Assembly (NCBI GenBank): GCA_051294375.1
Contig: CM119266.1
Location: forward strand, 24,354,411-24,418,410
DNA: 64,000 bases
DNA from: Paraspadella gotoi
Taxonomy: Eukaryota > Animalia > Chaetognatha
Direction: 5' to 3'
Shown here: positions 22,758 through 38,232 of the stretch, one piece after another
Position numbering within the stretch: the first letter of the stretch is position 1
Layout of the letters: the number at the start of each line of letters is the position of its first letter
Position numbers and translations under genes: made by a program
The notes under the pieces: model-generated
What the model was told of the DNA's origin: nothing
Seen by the model: only the letters and a program-made list of their open reading frames with translations
The model's database searches: none

Positions 22758-24775
22758 GCTCTCTCTCTATCTCTCTCTCTCTCTCGACCGTGACGCGTCG
22801 TCGTGATTAGTGGCTCGGGGTCTCTGGGTCGACAGCTCCGCTAATTGGACTTTCAAACTTTTGTGATAAATTCGGTCCAGAAAAAAAGAGGAAAAGATTG
22901 AAGTGGTTGAGAGTCATTTCGTTTTTTATCAAAGTAAAAAATGATTTGAGTTCTGTTTTCTGAGGGAACATTTTTTTTTTTCGGGCCACTTTTGTTTGGC
23001 GCTTCGCTGTGCTCAATTCTTGGTAATTTTTGCTTAGTTCAGTTTTTATTATACTTTTTTTAACTAAAATATTAGGAAAAAACAGTTTTTGTTTGACAAC
23101 GATTTATTGACCCACAGATTCTAGTTCAACATGTCTTCGGCTCATTCATTTAGAGCCTTCATCCAGGTTGTTGGACAATACAGATAATTTTCGTCTCTGT
23201 TGAAGTACAGTTTTGAGAGAGGAGAGAAAAAAACGGACGAGAAAAGGGGGAAATATAGCCGGGCAGCGAAGAGAGAGAAATTAGGAGGAGTTTTCCCAAC
23301 CAGAATAAGGTAAAGGACAAAAGGGTGTCACGATCTGAGACGAACAAGCTGAGAGGTGAGGAGTACGGAGAAAGGAAGAAGAAAGTGGCTTTGACAACGA
23401 AACACTGAACAAAAAGTGAGCAGTGGGATAGACGGGAGATTGAGAGAGGGAGAGAGGACGAGAGGAGGAGAGGAGAGGGAGAGCACAGATGAGGAATTCA
23501 GGAGCAAACGCCAAAAATTTTTTAAACAATCTTCACATTTAGCCCAATGACAACAAGATAAAATGCCATCGAAATCTAAACATAAACTGAATTAAGTTAC
23601 AATAGAAATTAATAAGTTAGGTAGAATAAAGTTAAAATTGTGAATAGAAAAATAAGTGGTGAGGGAAATAGATAAGTGAAGAAAAAGTGAAGTAAAGTAA
23701 AAGGAAAAAGCATGCTCAAAAATGAGCTGGCCCCCCCCCCGGCCGGGCGCAAATGGAGGACGTTGACGATAAAGTCGGTGTCATTATGGACCCTGTCATA
23801 GGTCGCTTGCCGAGGGCTTATACTTGTTAGAGTGTTGCATATCGCTGGATCCGGAAGCAGCCATCCGCTTCCGGGCGAAAAATGCGTCCAAGTTGCGTAC
23901 TCGTATATCCCTAATGGAGGCGCTGATAACGGCCCTGCCGACAGCCCTCCTCCCTCCACCTGACGGTGAGGCAGGCCAGTTGCCTGTCTCTGGCTCGTTT
24001 TGCACAGGAGCAAGAGTACAGACTCCTCTCCCATCCTCTCGATAAGCTCATCGTTTGGCGCGACGCTCAGTGCGGAGAGAAGTCGCGCCAGAGTGCTACA
24101 TACGGTTCAAGGAACGGATTATCGGACATCCATTGCCTGCTGAGAGGACTCCGCCTCTGTCCGATCTTGCTCATGTACGTCGGGAACAGGGAATCCATTG
24201 TGCGGTTGGTGGTGTGGCTCTCGGGCCACAGTCACCACGCATTGGGATCCAATAGAGGCGATCATAGCTGGAGGAAGCGAATCGTCTCCATCACGGGTTC
24301 AGAGAGAGTTCGAGAGCTTTTGATGTAGATCCCTCTCTAATACCCTCTAGAAAACAACCAGTTTTGGTCATGGACAGACGAGACAGTCACGTTCTCTGAT
24401 AAACAGCCCATGGCACAGAATTTGCCGTGTGCTCGGCAATGGCCGATAAGTAATGACCCTGTGGGTCCCCGATATTGGGCTTTTGATGTGCTGCTTCTGA
24501 ACCGATCCGTCAGAGACTTTCCTGTCCTCGCCCACGTTTATGCTGGACTGTGCAGGTTGGTTGCGCCTTCCCTGCAACAGGCCGCGCCAGTTAGACGGCG
24601 TCACTGATGCTTTTCCGGGGTGGCGTGGGGATTTTTCCGTTCCTTTCGGATTTCACCAATTGCTCACGGTAAAGGAGCCGCCGGAGTATCCCCTGCTGCC
24701 AGCACCCGCACCAGTGCTTCAGTGATCCCCTGGTGGTGAGGAAGGGAGACATGACCCACGTTTCCTGAGACGCTT

Positions 24776-26001
24776 CTGCCTTATCTCCCACCTTGGCTGT
24801 GGTGGGCCGGTCGTCCATAATAACTAAAATATATGTACTATTTTTAGTAAAAACACTTTTATTTTTAGTTTTTTTGGGGTTTAAAAATGGGTATATTTCT
24901 AATTTCTTTTACGGGGTGTCATTAGGGTACTCGTGCTGAGAAGAGGCTCTTTCCTAAACCTTATTTGTATGTTCTTTTTTTAGATCAACTCTAAATGAAA
25001 TTCTCATTCATGATTTAAGATGATGGTAGTCCCATAATTACCGCATTTATAAAAAAAGTCCTGCGCGCAAAAAAATACGTAAGATATATCTGACACTTTA
25101 CTTACCTCCTTTCTTTCCTGTTACCCGAGTTTTAAAGACAATGTCTTCGCTGGTTTTCTTCAGGCATCAGGCGAGACTTTCACGAACTATGTATGTAATT
25201 TCAACCAAGCGCTCGTTTGTTGAAATAATTTGTTTGCGATAAGTGATCCAAACGGCGGTCTGATCAATCCCGAAAGAACCAGTGGAAACGTAACACAGTA
25301 AACATTAAAGAAAACGTCGAATTTATAAGGTCGTGATATAGTGGAAATAAAGTAATTTCGGAATGAGGAAGCAGGCGTACGACCCGCATCCGATCATTTT
25401 TCAGCCAACTTTGAAATGCAGCCACTAATTTCCCGGATCATGAATCAATTACACATCCCGTCGAGACTAATTCATGAATCAACCTTACAATCCGGCCATT
25501 CGACCCGCTTAAATCGTTATATGCAAAAATAAAAAACCGCCACTCAACTTCACATTTCTTTTATGCCGTGCGCTGTTTTCCCAGCTCTCTCCCTTTTTTT
25601 TATAATATCATCAAAAATTCGCAGCTTTCTCTTTAATCTTTATTTTTTATTTCTCCTCTTCCTCATTCCTTTCTTTTTCTCTCTTTTCTATTTTTATATA
25701 GGGTGCCGTCTTCTCCAATTTCAGCGTTCATTAGGGTGTTCAAAAGCTCTCTCCCGCCGTCCGCCCCTCTGACCGCCGCACGTCCGACGACCGCTCGTTT
25801 CCGGACGCCGCCGTCGATACGCCCGCCACCGATCGCCCGTTCTCATCGTCGCTCGTCGTACATGGTCGTCTGCTTCATCGCCGCCTTTTGTTCCTCCCAC
25901 GAACTTCGGAATCGGGTTTTAGTATCTTCGCTCTCCGTTACATTTAAAGTGCTTGTCAAATGTTTTCCTTTTCTTCTTCTTCTTCTTCTCTTCTCTATCC
26001 T

Positions 26002-26076
<75 letters not shown>

Positions 26077-29000
26077 CTTCTGCCCTCTTTCTCCTTTTCT
26101 CTCGCTCCTTCATATTCCTCCCGGCCCGTCTTTCATCCCTACCGGGGACGAAAAAGAGATAGTGAGGATGCTGCTGAAAATTGATTTTTATGCGCAAATG
26201 AGGCAGCGTAAGGAACGGACGAATAATGGTGCCTTGGTCTTTGCGCGAACTACGAGTGGGATAGGGCTCTCCCAGTCACGAGCAGATTGCGTGGCCTCAC
26301 CCGCATTCACGCATATACCAGTCGATCACACGGCTTCCGGCCCTACGGGCCACTAGCGCCGATTCGACACCGGGCACTGACGCGCTCTGACGCGACCGCG
26401 ACCTCGCTCCCGCTCTCACGAAGCCTGACCAGACGGACGACAAAACGCCGGACCGGCCCAGAAATGACGAATTCGCCGACTCATCTGTCGTCTTTGTCCT
26501 TGTTGTCTACCCTGTTGTGCCAATTATACCATTTATCCATCCTTATATCCTTTTCTTAATATATACTAATTACATTCTACTAAATTTTCGCAATGTTTAT
26601 TGAATATTGTTAACGTCGAGCATATTGAAACGCACTTTCATTAATTGGGAAAAAAATATTTATACTTTCCCTTTCTTCGTTCTCTTTCTTTCTATTTTTG
26701 CTTCTTTCTTTCTTCTTTACCTTTCTTCTTTCTCTTTCTTTCCTTCTCTCTCTCCTTTCTTTCTATCCATTTTCGAGCTTTGTTTTTGCACATTTATTTT
26801 TCCGAATACTCATAAGTATATGGATTTAATTAAAAATAAAATCCGTCGACACAAATGAAGGCGGGCCGCAGCGGTTTGTCGGGCGCTTTCTATTCTCTCG
26901 TCTACTCTCTCTCTCTCACTCTCCTCTCCTCTCTCCTTCTCTCTCTCTCCTTCTCTCTCTCTTCTCTCTCTATCTTACTCATCATCTCCGTAATCGCATC
27001 TCCTCTTACTTCTCCCTTCTCTCTGCTCTCTTCTCCTCTCGATTAATTTCCCACCCCTCTTTTTGAAAAAAAAAAAAAATGAGATTCTTTAGCATAAATT
27101 TGAGTCCGGAAGCAACGGTTTATGGAAGTGGCGGAACCGATATTCCGCGCCTTCAATAGGACGCTACTGGACGGAGCCGCAGCTCCCCCATGCTAAGGCG
27201 ATAGGCGCAGCTACATCCAGCGCCAGATTGTGTGGATTTTCGGCCAACTACTCAAAGATTGGACGGGCCCGTCAGAGACGGCTCAGAAAAGTCGCTAGCG
27301 CTGTGTCTTGGCGATACGCCATAATGGCGCTCAGGGGAAACATTTCAATCGTACACGGAAACCCTCCGATGCGGTGCGAGCGGCCAGGCCGCGCGCAGAT
27401 AGCGGCCTGCGCACGTGCTGCTGGTTAAAATGGCAGAAGTGGACCGCGAGCGGATCTGCCGAGGAAATTTGAATGTGTGACTTCGCGGTGCTGAGCCTGG
27501 AGCGAAAAGGCTTTCTGCGAACCGTCCCACAACCAGTCTACCTAGTGGACTGCTCTATATGGTTCTCTTGTGAGAAGAAAAATGGGCCGAGTGTCCTACT
27601 CACAGTAACTAACATAAAGATCATCGTGGACGTGAGCAGCGTCCTTGGACCATAAACCCAAGACATCTTATCGTCTCCCCGCAATGGAAGCTTTAAATCG
27701 AGAAATAATTCGTTTTACATATCCTACCAAGGTTTGGTCATACTCTATTCTCTCTTGAATGAACTTACAAGAGCAAGCTACTTCCAAACACTCGGAGGAC
27801 CCACAAACCCACCAACTCATGCCCACCCTGACTACATCCGCTTTCTCTCCTAGGACCCACTTGGTCCGCCCGCCTCCTCCTCCCTTTCCTCGGCCACTCC
27901 TGGATCATTCCGTCCAATCCAAATTTCCTATCCGCCACACTTTTGATTTTATCTTTTCAGCCCCAGCGCCATACGCGCAACTAATTGGAGCACCAATACC
28001 CCCGAGCCGACTACTTGTCCCACCGGAATAAAAGAACCTCGATTCCCCCGTTCCTAGGGTAACCATCCCTCAAACTCGGACGTTAATTTCCATTTGCTCA
28101 CGCTTTGAAATTATGGAAATAATAAAATAAAAAACCAACGAAAAATACTCGTTTGCTCGATTCCAAACGAAACCGATAACAAATAGACAATATTTTATAA
28201 ATTTCCGTCGATTTCTTTGGCGCTGATGGCTCTTGCCGCCACGTTGCAACGCAAGCTCTGACTAGTCATCGATGACGCGCAGAATGGCATCACTCGGATG
28301 ACCGTCCCATGAAGTCGGAGAGCAGAGAGTGAGGGAATCGACGGCACAGCGACCGATCCATTTCTCGAGCAACTCTGCAAGTACGCCATGCCTGGAGCGT
28401 TTTTAACCGCGGCCGCCGCTAGCGACGGTGGATAGAGCGTTGACGTTTCAACTCACATCGAGATACATCCTGACAACAAACACAAATTGACGACGACATT
28501 CCGAGCGACGATTTTAATCGATCGTCACGAGCTCGAGAAAGAGGCAAAAAGTACGCGGCTCAAAGGACAAAAAAAAAAACAAAGTATAGAAACAACAAAA
28601 AAAAAAAAAAGAAAAAATAAAAAAAAACAAAAAAAGATGGAAAAACGAAAAAACAAAAAAGTAAGGAAGGACTCTTAGCGCGCCGAAAAACACGTATTAC
28701 ATAGTAACGAAATTGCGTGAAATAAGAAAATATAGAGGAAATAGCCTAGGTCCTGCGACTTGCGCCTCGACCGCTACGAACCCTCACACTCATGGAGACC
28801 TACATAAGAACCCACTCGATATCGGAAGTGGCACAACTGAGCTCGTAAGTCATAACACAACGCCCCGGCGACGACTGACGTACGCGACGCGACCACACGG
28901 TACGACGAAACCCCTGTCACGCACGACCGATCGTACCGACGAATAGGCGGCACATCGACGACGAGCGAACGACGGAACGACGACGAACACTGCAGACCTG

Positions 29001-31138
29001 ATCTCCTCCAAAACTGAATTTAGAATTAAAGCGGGCGTGGCAGAACTGCAAGAAACGGAGGTAGAAAGCCAGACTCATAGGACATACCTTCATATACCTC
29101 TATGTACATTCAGCAACATTAGATACCTCTTGAACAGGGCGATGAAGGTTTACCGGGCGAGCGATCTGCATGAGTATATCTATTTTTAGGCTATCTGATG
29201 ATCCATGAAGTGTGTACTATACGTTGATCTTAAAGTTCTAAGCGACGGTCACCACCAACTCTACAAGAGACCATATTATGATCCGTGACGTCTCTTAATT
29301 TGGCTAAACTCTGATCTCGGCGCCCGTCCACTGGATGCATCGTAAAAAATAACTGAATATATACTTATACTAACAGAATCGACGGACGAAGCCTCAGTGG
29401 CTAAGTTACTTGTTATTGACGTTATGTCCTCTTTATGTTCGTTGGTGACCACTGCAACAATTGTTAAAGCGACAAACCTCGCGTATCTCTTCTCTCTCTC
29501 TCTCTGTTTGCTCTCTCTCTCTCCTCCTCTCTCTCTCTTTGTCCTCCAGATTTCATTCGAGAAAATCCACGCGACCCGTGGATATGGTTGGTCGACCGGG
29601 TGACGCTGTGTTGGTGATACGGACGAAATTGGAAACATTGCAGTCACCCGACGACGCCATGAAAACATTGAAAAGGATAAACAATAACACCAAGAAAGGG
29701 AAACAAAACAATTTAATGAAAAAAAAAAACCAAGAAAACGAGTTCTAAGGAAGAAAATTTCACTAATCAGCGTTTCGTTTTTTGTTGTCTTTTTTTTTTT
29801 CGCTCCATTCCGACGAGGCAAAAGACGCATTCACGAGCGCGGCACGAATCAAGAAGATAGGAAGACACGCGAAGAGAGACACGATAACTGCCCTGTGAAG
29901 AGATTTGACGGGTTATTAGTTAAACATCTCAAGTCAGAAGTCCGAACACAATATTAGATCAATACAGTTTAATTTTTAAACTGCTATCGACTATACCTGC
30001 CTAAATAACAGGTACAAAGCACAAAACACTGAAACACCTACATCTGTCTGGCAAGCGCGGAATCGAAAGAGGAACATCTGTGGATTTGTGCTTGTGCAAA
30101 CGGGGGACAAGTACAACTCGTATCCCACGTCTCGCTTCCCTCGCCTCGCTACGAATCTCCAAACGCTCTACTCCGGTATTCCCTAACTTCTACTCCCTAT
30201 TGTCCTACTCGTCCTATTCTACACAATTTCTACTTTTAACTCCTCACTAACCTTAATCCACTTCCGATATTACCCTACCTTTCTATAGACACTCCTGTTA
30301 AGATGATATTCCCTACACTTCCATTGAGAGCCATCAATATCCGTCTACCTTCCCTAGCTCTGCCTATTGTTCTCTGTTCGGCCCTCAAACGCCCACCTCC
30401 ATAGGTCCGTAACTGCCCTAGTCTTTTCAACTCCGCACTGCAACCCTGCCGGAGGATCCCAAGAGTAACTCCACCCATCACTTTCTAGTGCCTCCCACTG
30501 TAATTTTCATACTCCACAACTATTCCATACTGTCTAGATACAATTTAGTCTCTTCTACTACTACATTCCTTACTCTTCGTCGACTCCTATTCCCATCACA
30601 TCTGTCACTCCTATCCCGCTCCATACTTATACTCTGGCCTTCCCTACTTCGCACTCACTCCTCTACATCTACATCCCTCCTTTACTGGATTTCTTTCCCT
30701 ATTTACTATTTAGACCTAAAATCACCATTGAATCTCTTTCTGTCCCTCAATTCCCCACTTCTCAGACTTGTCGAACCTCACCAGTCCACAGGTACTTCCC
30801 AACACGCCTCTACGTCTCTCCGGACTTACTACGCGACCTCTAATTCCCACTCTCCGCCGGTCGTTCTCGCGACGCGGCCTCCTTTCATATTCCGCTACTA
30901 AACCAGCTGCCACCCTGCTTCATTTCACGTCTTCCCTCACCCCACCGGACAAATTCTATATCCCCTTTTCCATCTCCTGACAAGGCAACGGCCCGCCGGC
31001 GACGTCTCTCGCCGGCCCGCTACTTCAGCGACTTGTTAGATTAAATCAACGACTACCTCTAATTCTTAGTTCCAAAGAACAAAATAAAATAGAGCAGGAA
31101 TTCTCCTCTCTCTCCTCTCATACTCTCTCTCATCTCTC

Positions 31139-31180
<42 letters not shown>

Positions 31181-32550
31181 TCTTCTGCTCCTCTCTGCTT
31201 CTCTCTCCCGGCTCGATTTCCCTCCTTTTATCTTTCCCCCTTTTTTCTTCCTTCCTGCTCCGGCTCTCTAATCGAAAAATTTCATTTGCGAGCCGTCCGC
31301 TCACTGAATTTCCTGCTATCAAGCGCGAAGTTAATGCGGGTGCGAACAATCCAACGAGAAGAAAGGAGACGACCAGCATACAGACCCTGTGCGGAAGGAG
31401 CAAGGAGACAAGCCCAAAAGACCAGGGTCAGGCGAAAAAAGGCATCAGGAAGTAAAAGGAAAAAGGTTAGTAACGTCAGCTATGATTAGTGAGCAGCTAT
31501 ACAATTAACAAGGTCATGAAAACGGGATGTAGTGAAACCATACTAATGGTAGACCAGCACGAGAAAAAAAGGAGAATAATTAGGCGACAATTAAAAACAA
31601 TTTTCCTGGCGTGACCCATGACCGCACTCCAGATGAGCAAAACAAAACGAGAGGGGGAGCGATCATTAAGGTTCGTAGAAAGAGTATAAAGAGATGTCTG
31701 GTCTGGTCCTTCTCATTAGTTTTTACGATTAAAATGCCAAAGCGGATAGACCAAAACAAGCCGAGATCGGCGTTATACTGACTTCAAATTTTTCTACAAA
31801 AAGAGAACGCAGAAGTTGTCTGATAAAAAAATTATTCCGCAGAACACATATAGCTTAAGAAAGGAAAAAGTAATGTAAAAAAAAGAACTAGATGGACAAG
31901 GGACAGCAGCAAGTGGGAAAAGGAGAGGAGGATGAAATAGAATAATCACCATGAAGAAGAGCAATTTTCCAGGAAACAAGGCAGGCTTGACTCTGAAAGC
32001 AAAAGCAGAGGAACAAAAGCAAAGAAATAAACCAGAGAGAAATCTTTCGGACAAAAAAAACATTTGCCAAAGAGCAAGCTCGGGATATATATTTTTTCAC
32101 GGGTTGAATTCAAAGATAAGAAAGGAATTGGGTCTTAATCGATCGACAGGCGGCAGGAAGGGAGAGAAGGAGGAGAGACGATTGGCGCACCGACGAGGGA
32201 AAAGTGAGAGGAGCGACGACAGCGAGGCAGACGGCAAGAAGGAGAAGCGATACCGAGAGGTGGAAGGCAGGGAGGGATGACGAGAGCGAGAGGAGACGGA
32301 AGAGAGGGAAGAGAGAGAGGAGAGAAGAGAGAGAGAGAGAGAGAGAGGGAGAGGAAGAGAGAGAAGGGGGGAAGGAGAGTAAGCAATTTCCTTCAGAATT
32401 CCTCCGCCATCTTTCTACCTCTTACAAACAATCATCTCTATCTATTCCATGTTTCTCTCTCTCTTTCTCTCTCCTCTTCTCTCTCTCATCTCTCTCTCTC
32501 TCTCTCTCTCTCCGCTCCCTCTCTCTGCTCTCTCTCTCTCTCTCTCTCCT

Positions 32551-32584
<34 letters not shown>

Positions 32585-33341
32585 CTCTCATCTCTCCTCT
32601 CTCTCTCCCCTCTCTCTTTCCCTCTCCTTTCCTCCTTCCCTCATCCTTACCATAAATCAAGAATGGTTTTCATTGTGGATTTTTCCCTTTCCCGCGATTG
32701 TCTTCTTCCCCCGAGTTCTTTTCGATGTACTTCATTTTATCTCTCTTCTGATCCGATAATTTTTTTTCTCGTAATTTATGTTGGATTCTTCCTTCTTTCA
32801 ATTTTCGCGCAGTATCAAGTCCTTTCTCTTTCTTTTTATCTCTGCCTTTGTTGGCTCTAAAGCTTCTCTCTTCGACTCTCCCGAGTTTAAATTTTTATTT
32901 CTCAACTTTCCCACCTGATTCCTTTCCCACTTTCCCGCTTCGTTTCCACCCTTTCCACCTTTCCACCCCTTAACATCTCTCACTCCAACCACCCACCCCA
33001 TGACACCTCCCATCTTCCGCCACTTCTCTCCCCCGCCCCGCCTCCCCCCTCTCCCACCTCACTAGGCCTCTTCATACCTCAATCATCTTCTTGTCGCTCG
33101 AGGCTTCATCCTTCAAGCCAAATCTGACGTTCAATTGGCGCTTGGAATTTTCTCCCATCCGCCGCCTCCGCCGCCTTCCGGCAGCTCTCCGAGCTCTCCC
33201 CGCCTCGCCCCTACCACAGCGTCCCCAGGCCCACGCTTTACCTCCCGCAGCCGCCACTGCAAGGCCCGCCTCTTTCCCAGCCAAACGAAAAGAATCGGAG
33301 TTCTCTCTCTCCTCTTCTCTCTACTCTCTCTCTTCCTCTCT

Positions 33342-33381
<40 letters not shown>

Positions 33382-35985
33382 GTCTCTCTCAACTCTCTCT
33401 CTCGGTCTCCCTCCCACGCAATCGACTTTTGATGAAGCTCGAGGAATCCGGACCTCTCGACCTTCTCGCTACCTTCCTCCCGCTGACCCATTCACTTTCG
33501 TGCCAACGATTATCCCAACTTTTTCGTTCAGTATTCAGCGCCCACCTCTCTCTTCTCCCCTTCTCCTCTCCCCCCTCTCTTCTTCCCCCCGCTGAGGAGT
33601 CGTTACCTATTTCCAAACCGAGGCCCGTCTTCGGCGTATTTCTCCTCTCCCTAACCTTTTCATTCCCTGTTATTTTCGATACACTCTTTTTTTCCGCTAG
33701 GGCAAGCCGGCCCTTTTTTATTTCTTAATTTCTTCCGTTTTTCTTTTAGACCTCACCCTTCTCCGATACTATTTTGTATTTCGCTGGATTTGATCCTTTT
33801 TTTTTTTTCGTCCGTCTTTCAAATTTCCCGAACTCTTTGTTTTATTATTACGTCTATTTTAGTCTATTTTATTATTTATTTAGATCATTTTTTGTTTTAT
33901 TTTTAACTCTAGACACTATCCCATTTTTCATCTTCATTTTCCAATTTAATTCTACTCTGAGGAAGTTTCCCATTACTCATTTATTCAATTCTTAAACCAT
34001 CTGTGCCCTCTAGCATTCCACTCTTCTCAACACCTTTTCCATTCTCCCGCCCATTTTCTTTCCTGCTCATCTCCCTTCTTCCCACTCACTGTCCCCCCCT
34101 CCCCCATTTCCCTTATTCCATTCCCTCCCCAATATTTCCACTCGTCTCCCCCTTTTAACCATCTCCTCACTTCTTTTCCTTTCCGCAAGGATACTTTCAT
34201 CTTTAATTTAGCTTCTTCGCGTCTCCCCCAAGGGGATGGGGGCTTCCAGCGTGAGGCCGGCAACATTCACGGCTTTCCGCCGGCAGACGGTACGTAAACT
34301 GCAAGCAATAGCAGCATTGGAAATCATGCCAAGCCAAGATGTTTATAAACGATTTCTTGTCTGCTTTTGTTTGTTTTACGTCTTTATAACATGCAAGGCA
34401 GACATTTTTTACTTACTTAACTTTTCTTGTTCGTTACTTTTAAGCAGCCCACCATAAATATCGCACCTGAAGTTTTCTCCTTTCATTTTACCCCCAGGCG
34501 GTTAGCGGTTTTTATAATAAGTCTGCCGCTCAAGACTGACACTTTTGTCTCCCCGAATTGACCTCCAACCAAACGAAGAGATTTCTCCCTTCTCAATTCG
34601 ACTTCGAATTGAATATTTCGTCCGGTCAAAAAATTAAAGAAAGCTCTTCAGACTTTTTCTAGATTTAAATACTTTTCCTATTTCATTTCAGCTAAGCATT
34701 TACGAATGTTGTTTATAAAATATAATCTTTCCTTTCTCCACTTCTTCACTTTCTCTTCTTCTCCGCCAGTCACTTTCCCATCTTACGTTTTCTTTTTTCG
34801 CTACAAGAATAAGCCCAAGCCTTTCCACCCCTACCAGATATGCTTGTTTTTCTTCCCCTCTCTCCCCTTCTTTTCTCTGTCTTTTTCTTTCCTTCTTTCC
34901 TCCCCTTTTTTCCTTCCTCCACTTTTTTCCCGCTTTCCACTCACTTCCTCCTATTTCCCTCCCCTTTCTCCCCATATTCATCTTCCCCCCGGTCTTGTTA
35001 TCATCTCCTCTTTTCCTCCCTCCCTTTCCTTCCGCCTCTAACCCCCCCCTCCCGGCCCGCCACCGGCGAATCCTTTCAATTTTTCATTCCAATTTTTCTT
35101 TCTCTTTGGTATCTCTTTCCGGCCATCTCAACTTCTACTTTGCCATTTATCAACCGGCCATGCGTCTTCGTTGTTCTTTCCCGCCGCCCGCCGTTTGCGA
35201 CAGACGACGACGACGACGACGACGAAAGAGACTTCATATTAAGAGAGGAAAGACTTGCCGAGATCGCGCCGATTCCCCGATTAGTTCCCCTCCGCCCTGG
35301 CCTGTCCCCTACAGCTCTCGCCCCCGGTCAAATGTCTGGCTCCCGTCCTGTCTTGTATAAATAAATGCCCAAAAGGCAAAAATACAATCTCTATCCCCCG
35401 TGCCGGTCGGTTCTCTCTCCTCTTCATCTCTCTCTCTCTCTCGCTCTCTCTCTCTCTCTTCTCTCTCTCTCTTCTCTCCTCTCTCCTCCCCATACCTCCG
35501 CTCCATATGAAGGTCATCGGAGACCCTTTCTCAGTTTTTCATGCACTCGCGAAGTTTCTTCCATTCGGATTGACTCGCCGCTTTGCGGCCAGTGCCAACT
35601 GTCGAATTGCGTTGTTGCCCACAGCGAATTGGTATCGGGGCTTCAGAGCGGCGCTCGGCGCTGAGCGACGCTGTGAGACGGCGACAGCGCGGAGATGGCG
35701 AGACGCAGGAAGAGGGAGTTGGCGGGGAAATATCTCTACTCTCCTTGGGGCTATACTAGAATATTTTATATTGGCCAGGTTGTTGTTTCCTATTTACAAA
35801 AAAATCATCATCATCGACATAATCCATAATCGTGGACAAATATTCAGTCTCTCTTTAGTCTTTTTAGTTTTCCTTTTTTTTTTTGTTTTCTTTTTTATAA
35901 ACAAAACAAAAACACAAAAGTTATGTACTGACTTCTATCGTTTTGACTTTGCTGTCAATATTTATGTGAGAACGTTTTGTACGTT
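24776..35985 (+). repeat. Direct duplicate (insertion-rich copy) of 39476-50182
   Basis: Colinear matches throughout, e.g. 24805/39510, 28200/42000, 34620/48915, 35507/49748; differences are mostly scattered 1-base insertions. Confidence 0.9.
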
Positions 35986-38232
35986 GTCACGATTCATTCT
36001 TCCGCCCGACTACGCCGCGGAAACGGAAATCCTGTCGCCTTAATTGCTAAATAGTGAAAAATTTTCACTATTTAGTTTACTTTTCACAATCTGGCTATTC
36101 GTCCTCACTTGACCTGTCCTCACATCCTGACACTATTCTTCTCTCAACTCTTGGTGTTGGAAACTTTGCCCTCTCTCTCTTCTTCTTCTCCTCTCTTTCT
36201 CCTTTTCCTCTGCAAATAAACTTTATTTGGAATCACAAATATCTTTGACGCCGATGAAGGCTTGTAACATTTAAAGCCGAATACATGTCCGTCTATACAA
36301 TGAAAATTCGTTGTTAACCAATTTTAACAAAGCGTCCTTATCATCTAAACACAACGAAACGAAAGGAATAAATAGAACGATGTCGATTTATTATTATTTT
36401 ATAAAAACAATGTTTTAAATATATTTTAAATGTTTTTAATTGTTTTTGAAAATTAAATCGTAAAGCTTCGGTTTTAATACCTGCTCCAATTCTATTCCCA
36501 ACTCCTTATAAAATATTGTTTTCTATCTTTACTTTAATACAGTAGCCTAAACAGAAAAGGACAGAAACGTTATTTCTCTATATTGTTTTTCGCCTCGCCA
36601 CTCGTTGTCGTCGTCGTCCTTGGCTCTTGCTGTCGTTGCCGTCGTCGTTGCTCGTCGATTCGTACCTCGTCGTTGTTTTGGCGATTGTTATTCAGCATCC
36701 TTCCGACACAGTATTTGTTTCTGCTTGGCCAAAGAGCCGTCACTTTCGCTGGCGGCCAGAAATCAATTGAAACCCCGGAGCTGAGAGGGGAACACCGACA
36801 AAGAGGGGGGAGGAGAGATGGGGGTAGGCGGCGGCGAATTATGGAGGGAGGAAATGAAAGAAATAGAGGGTGAGAGGTGAGGAAAAGAAAGGAAAAGAGG
36901 AGGGGTGTGAGGAGAAAAGAGAAGAAAGAGGGAGGTGGAGGGAGGAAAAGAGAAGAATAAGGAGGGGAGAGAGGGAGGAATAGAAAAGAAAGGAAGAAGG
37001 GGGATTGAGATGGAGAAAAAGAAAAGGAAAAGAGAAGTGGATGAGAGGAGAAAGAAGAAAAGAAGAGGACGGATGCGAGGAGGGAAAAGAAAAGAAGGAG
37101 GTGGGACTGGAGGGAAAAATATGAAAGAGGGAAAGCCGTAGAATGAATTGACGAAAGGTACATGTGAAAAAGGGAGTGTGAAGAAATACTAGGAGAGTAA
37201 AGAGTGAAAGAGTGAAAGCTTTGTCCAATTGATCATGATGTGATTTAAAAGTTCCATCCTGAAAATCCCGGTGAGGTCTAAAAACTATCGCCCAAAACAT
37301 TTTTACTTCACTGATCTTGGAATTTCCCCTAATTCGTTTTCCCTTGTTTTCTCTCAGCTCGAAACGATCGCCGGGATTTTTCTTATGGAAAGTCACACCC
37401 ATCGAGTGAACTTTAGAATGTGGGGCGTCGTTTGAAATGGAATTCTTTGTAGAATAACAGAAACGGGTGCATGTTGTAATAGTTGTTAATAGTAGTCAGC
37501 AATATTTCTTAAGACATGTTTATTAAGAAATATCGCATTAAACAATATGTTGAATATTTTTTTATATTAAATTTTGAATAGGAACAAGTGCTAGAGAAAA
37601 AAAAATCTGTAAAAACGGGAAATTTATTTGTATTTTACAATTTAAAATAAGTCAGAGAAAAAATTCACAAAAATAAATTATATTGGTATTTTACAATAAT
37701 ATGATATCATTTTTATTTTTAGCGTAAAATATAAAAAAAATTTTATAAGAAACAAAACTGTGAAAGACGAGTTTAAGCAGTTCTTGTAGGACTGAGATGT
37801 TTTAAGATGCGAGGGAGGAATTTAAACAAAAAAGGGAAAGAATAAAAAAAGAAAAGAAGCGCACAAGAGACAAGAAAGGAAGGAGGAGAAAAGTAGGACT
37901 GCTTGAAAGGGAGGACCTAGCAATATAAAAGAGGTTTGACGTGAACATACAGGAAAGAATATGATGGACCGAGAAAACTAAAAAGAGAGATAAAAAAAAA
38001 CGAGATAATAGGAAGAAAAAGGTTGGTGGGAAGCACTAAAAGAAATGGAGGAACAGGATAAATTATTTGAGAAAGGAAGGAGGAGGAAGAGTGAAATAAC
38101 GAGAACATGAGAAGAGTGAAAAATCTTCTGCTCTCTTCTCTCTCTCCACTCCTCTCTCCTTCTCTGCTTCACTTATATTACTCTCTCTGAGAATAGATTA
38201 AAGTAATCAGAAAGAAAATAACTAGGCAAAAA

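Noticed and set aside
23700-24780. Balanced-GC stretch with several short ORFs, possibly foreign DNA
   Set aside because: No recognisable protein motif; it adjoins the noisy duplicate and looks like a low-quality read segment.
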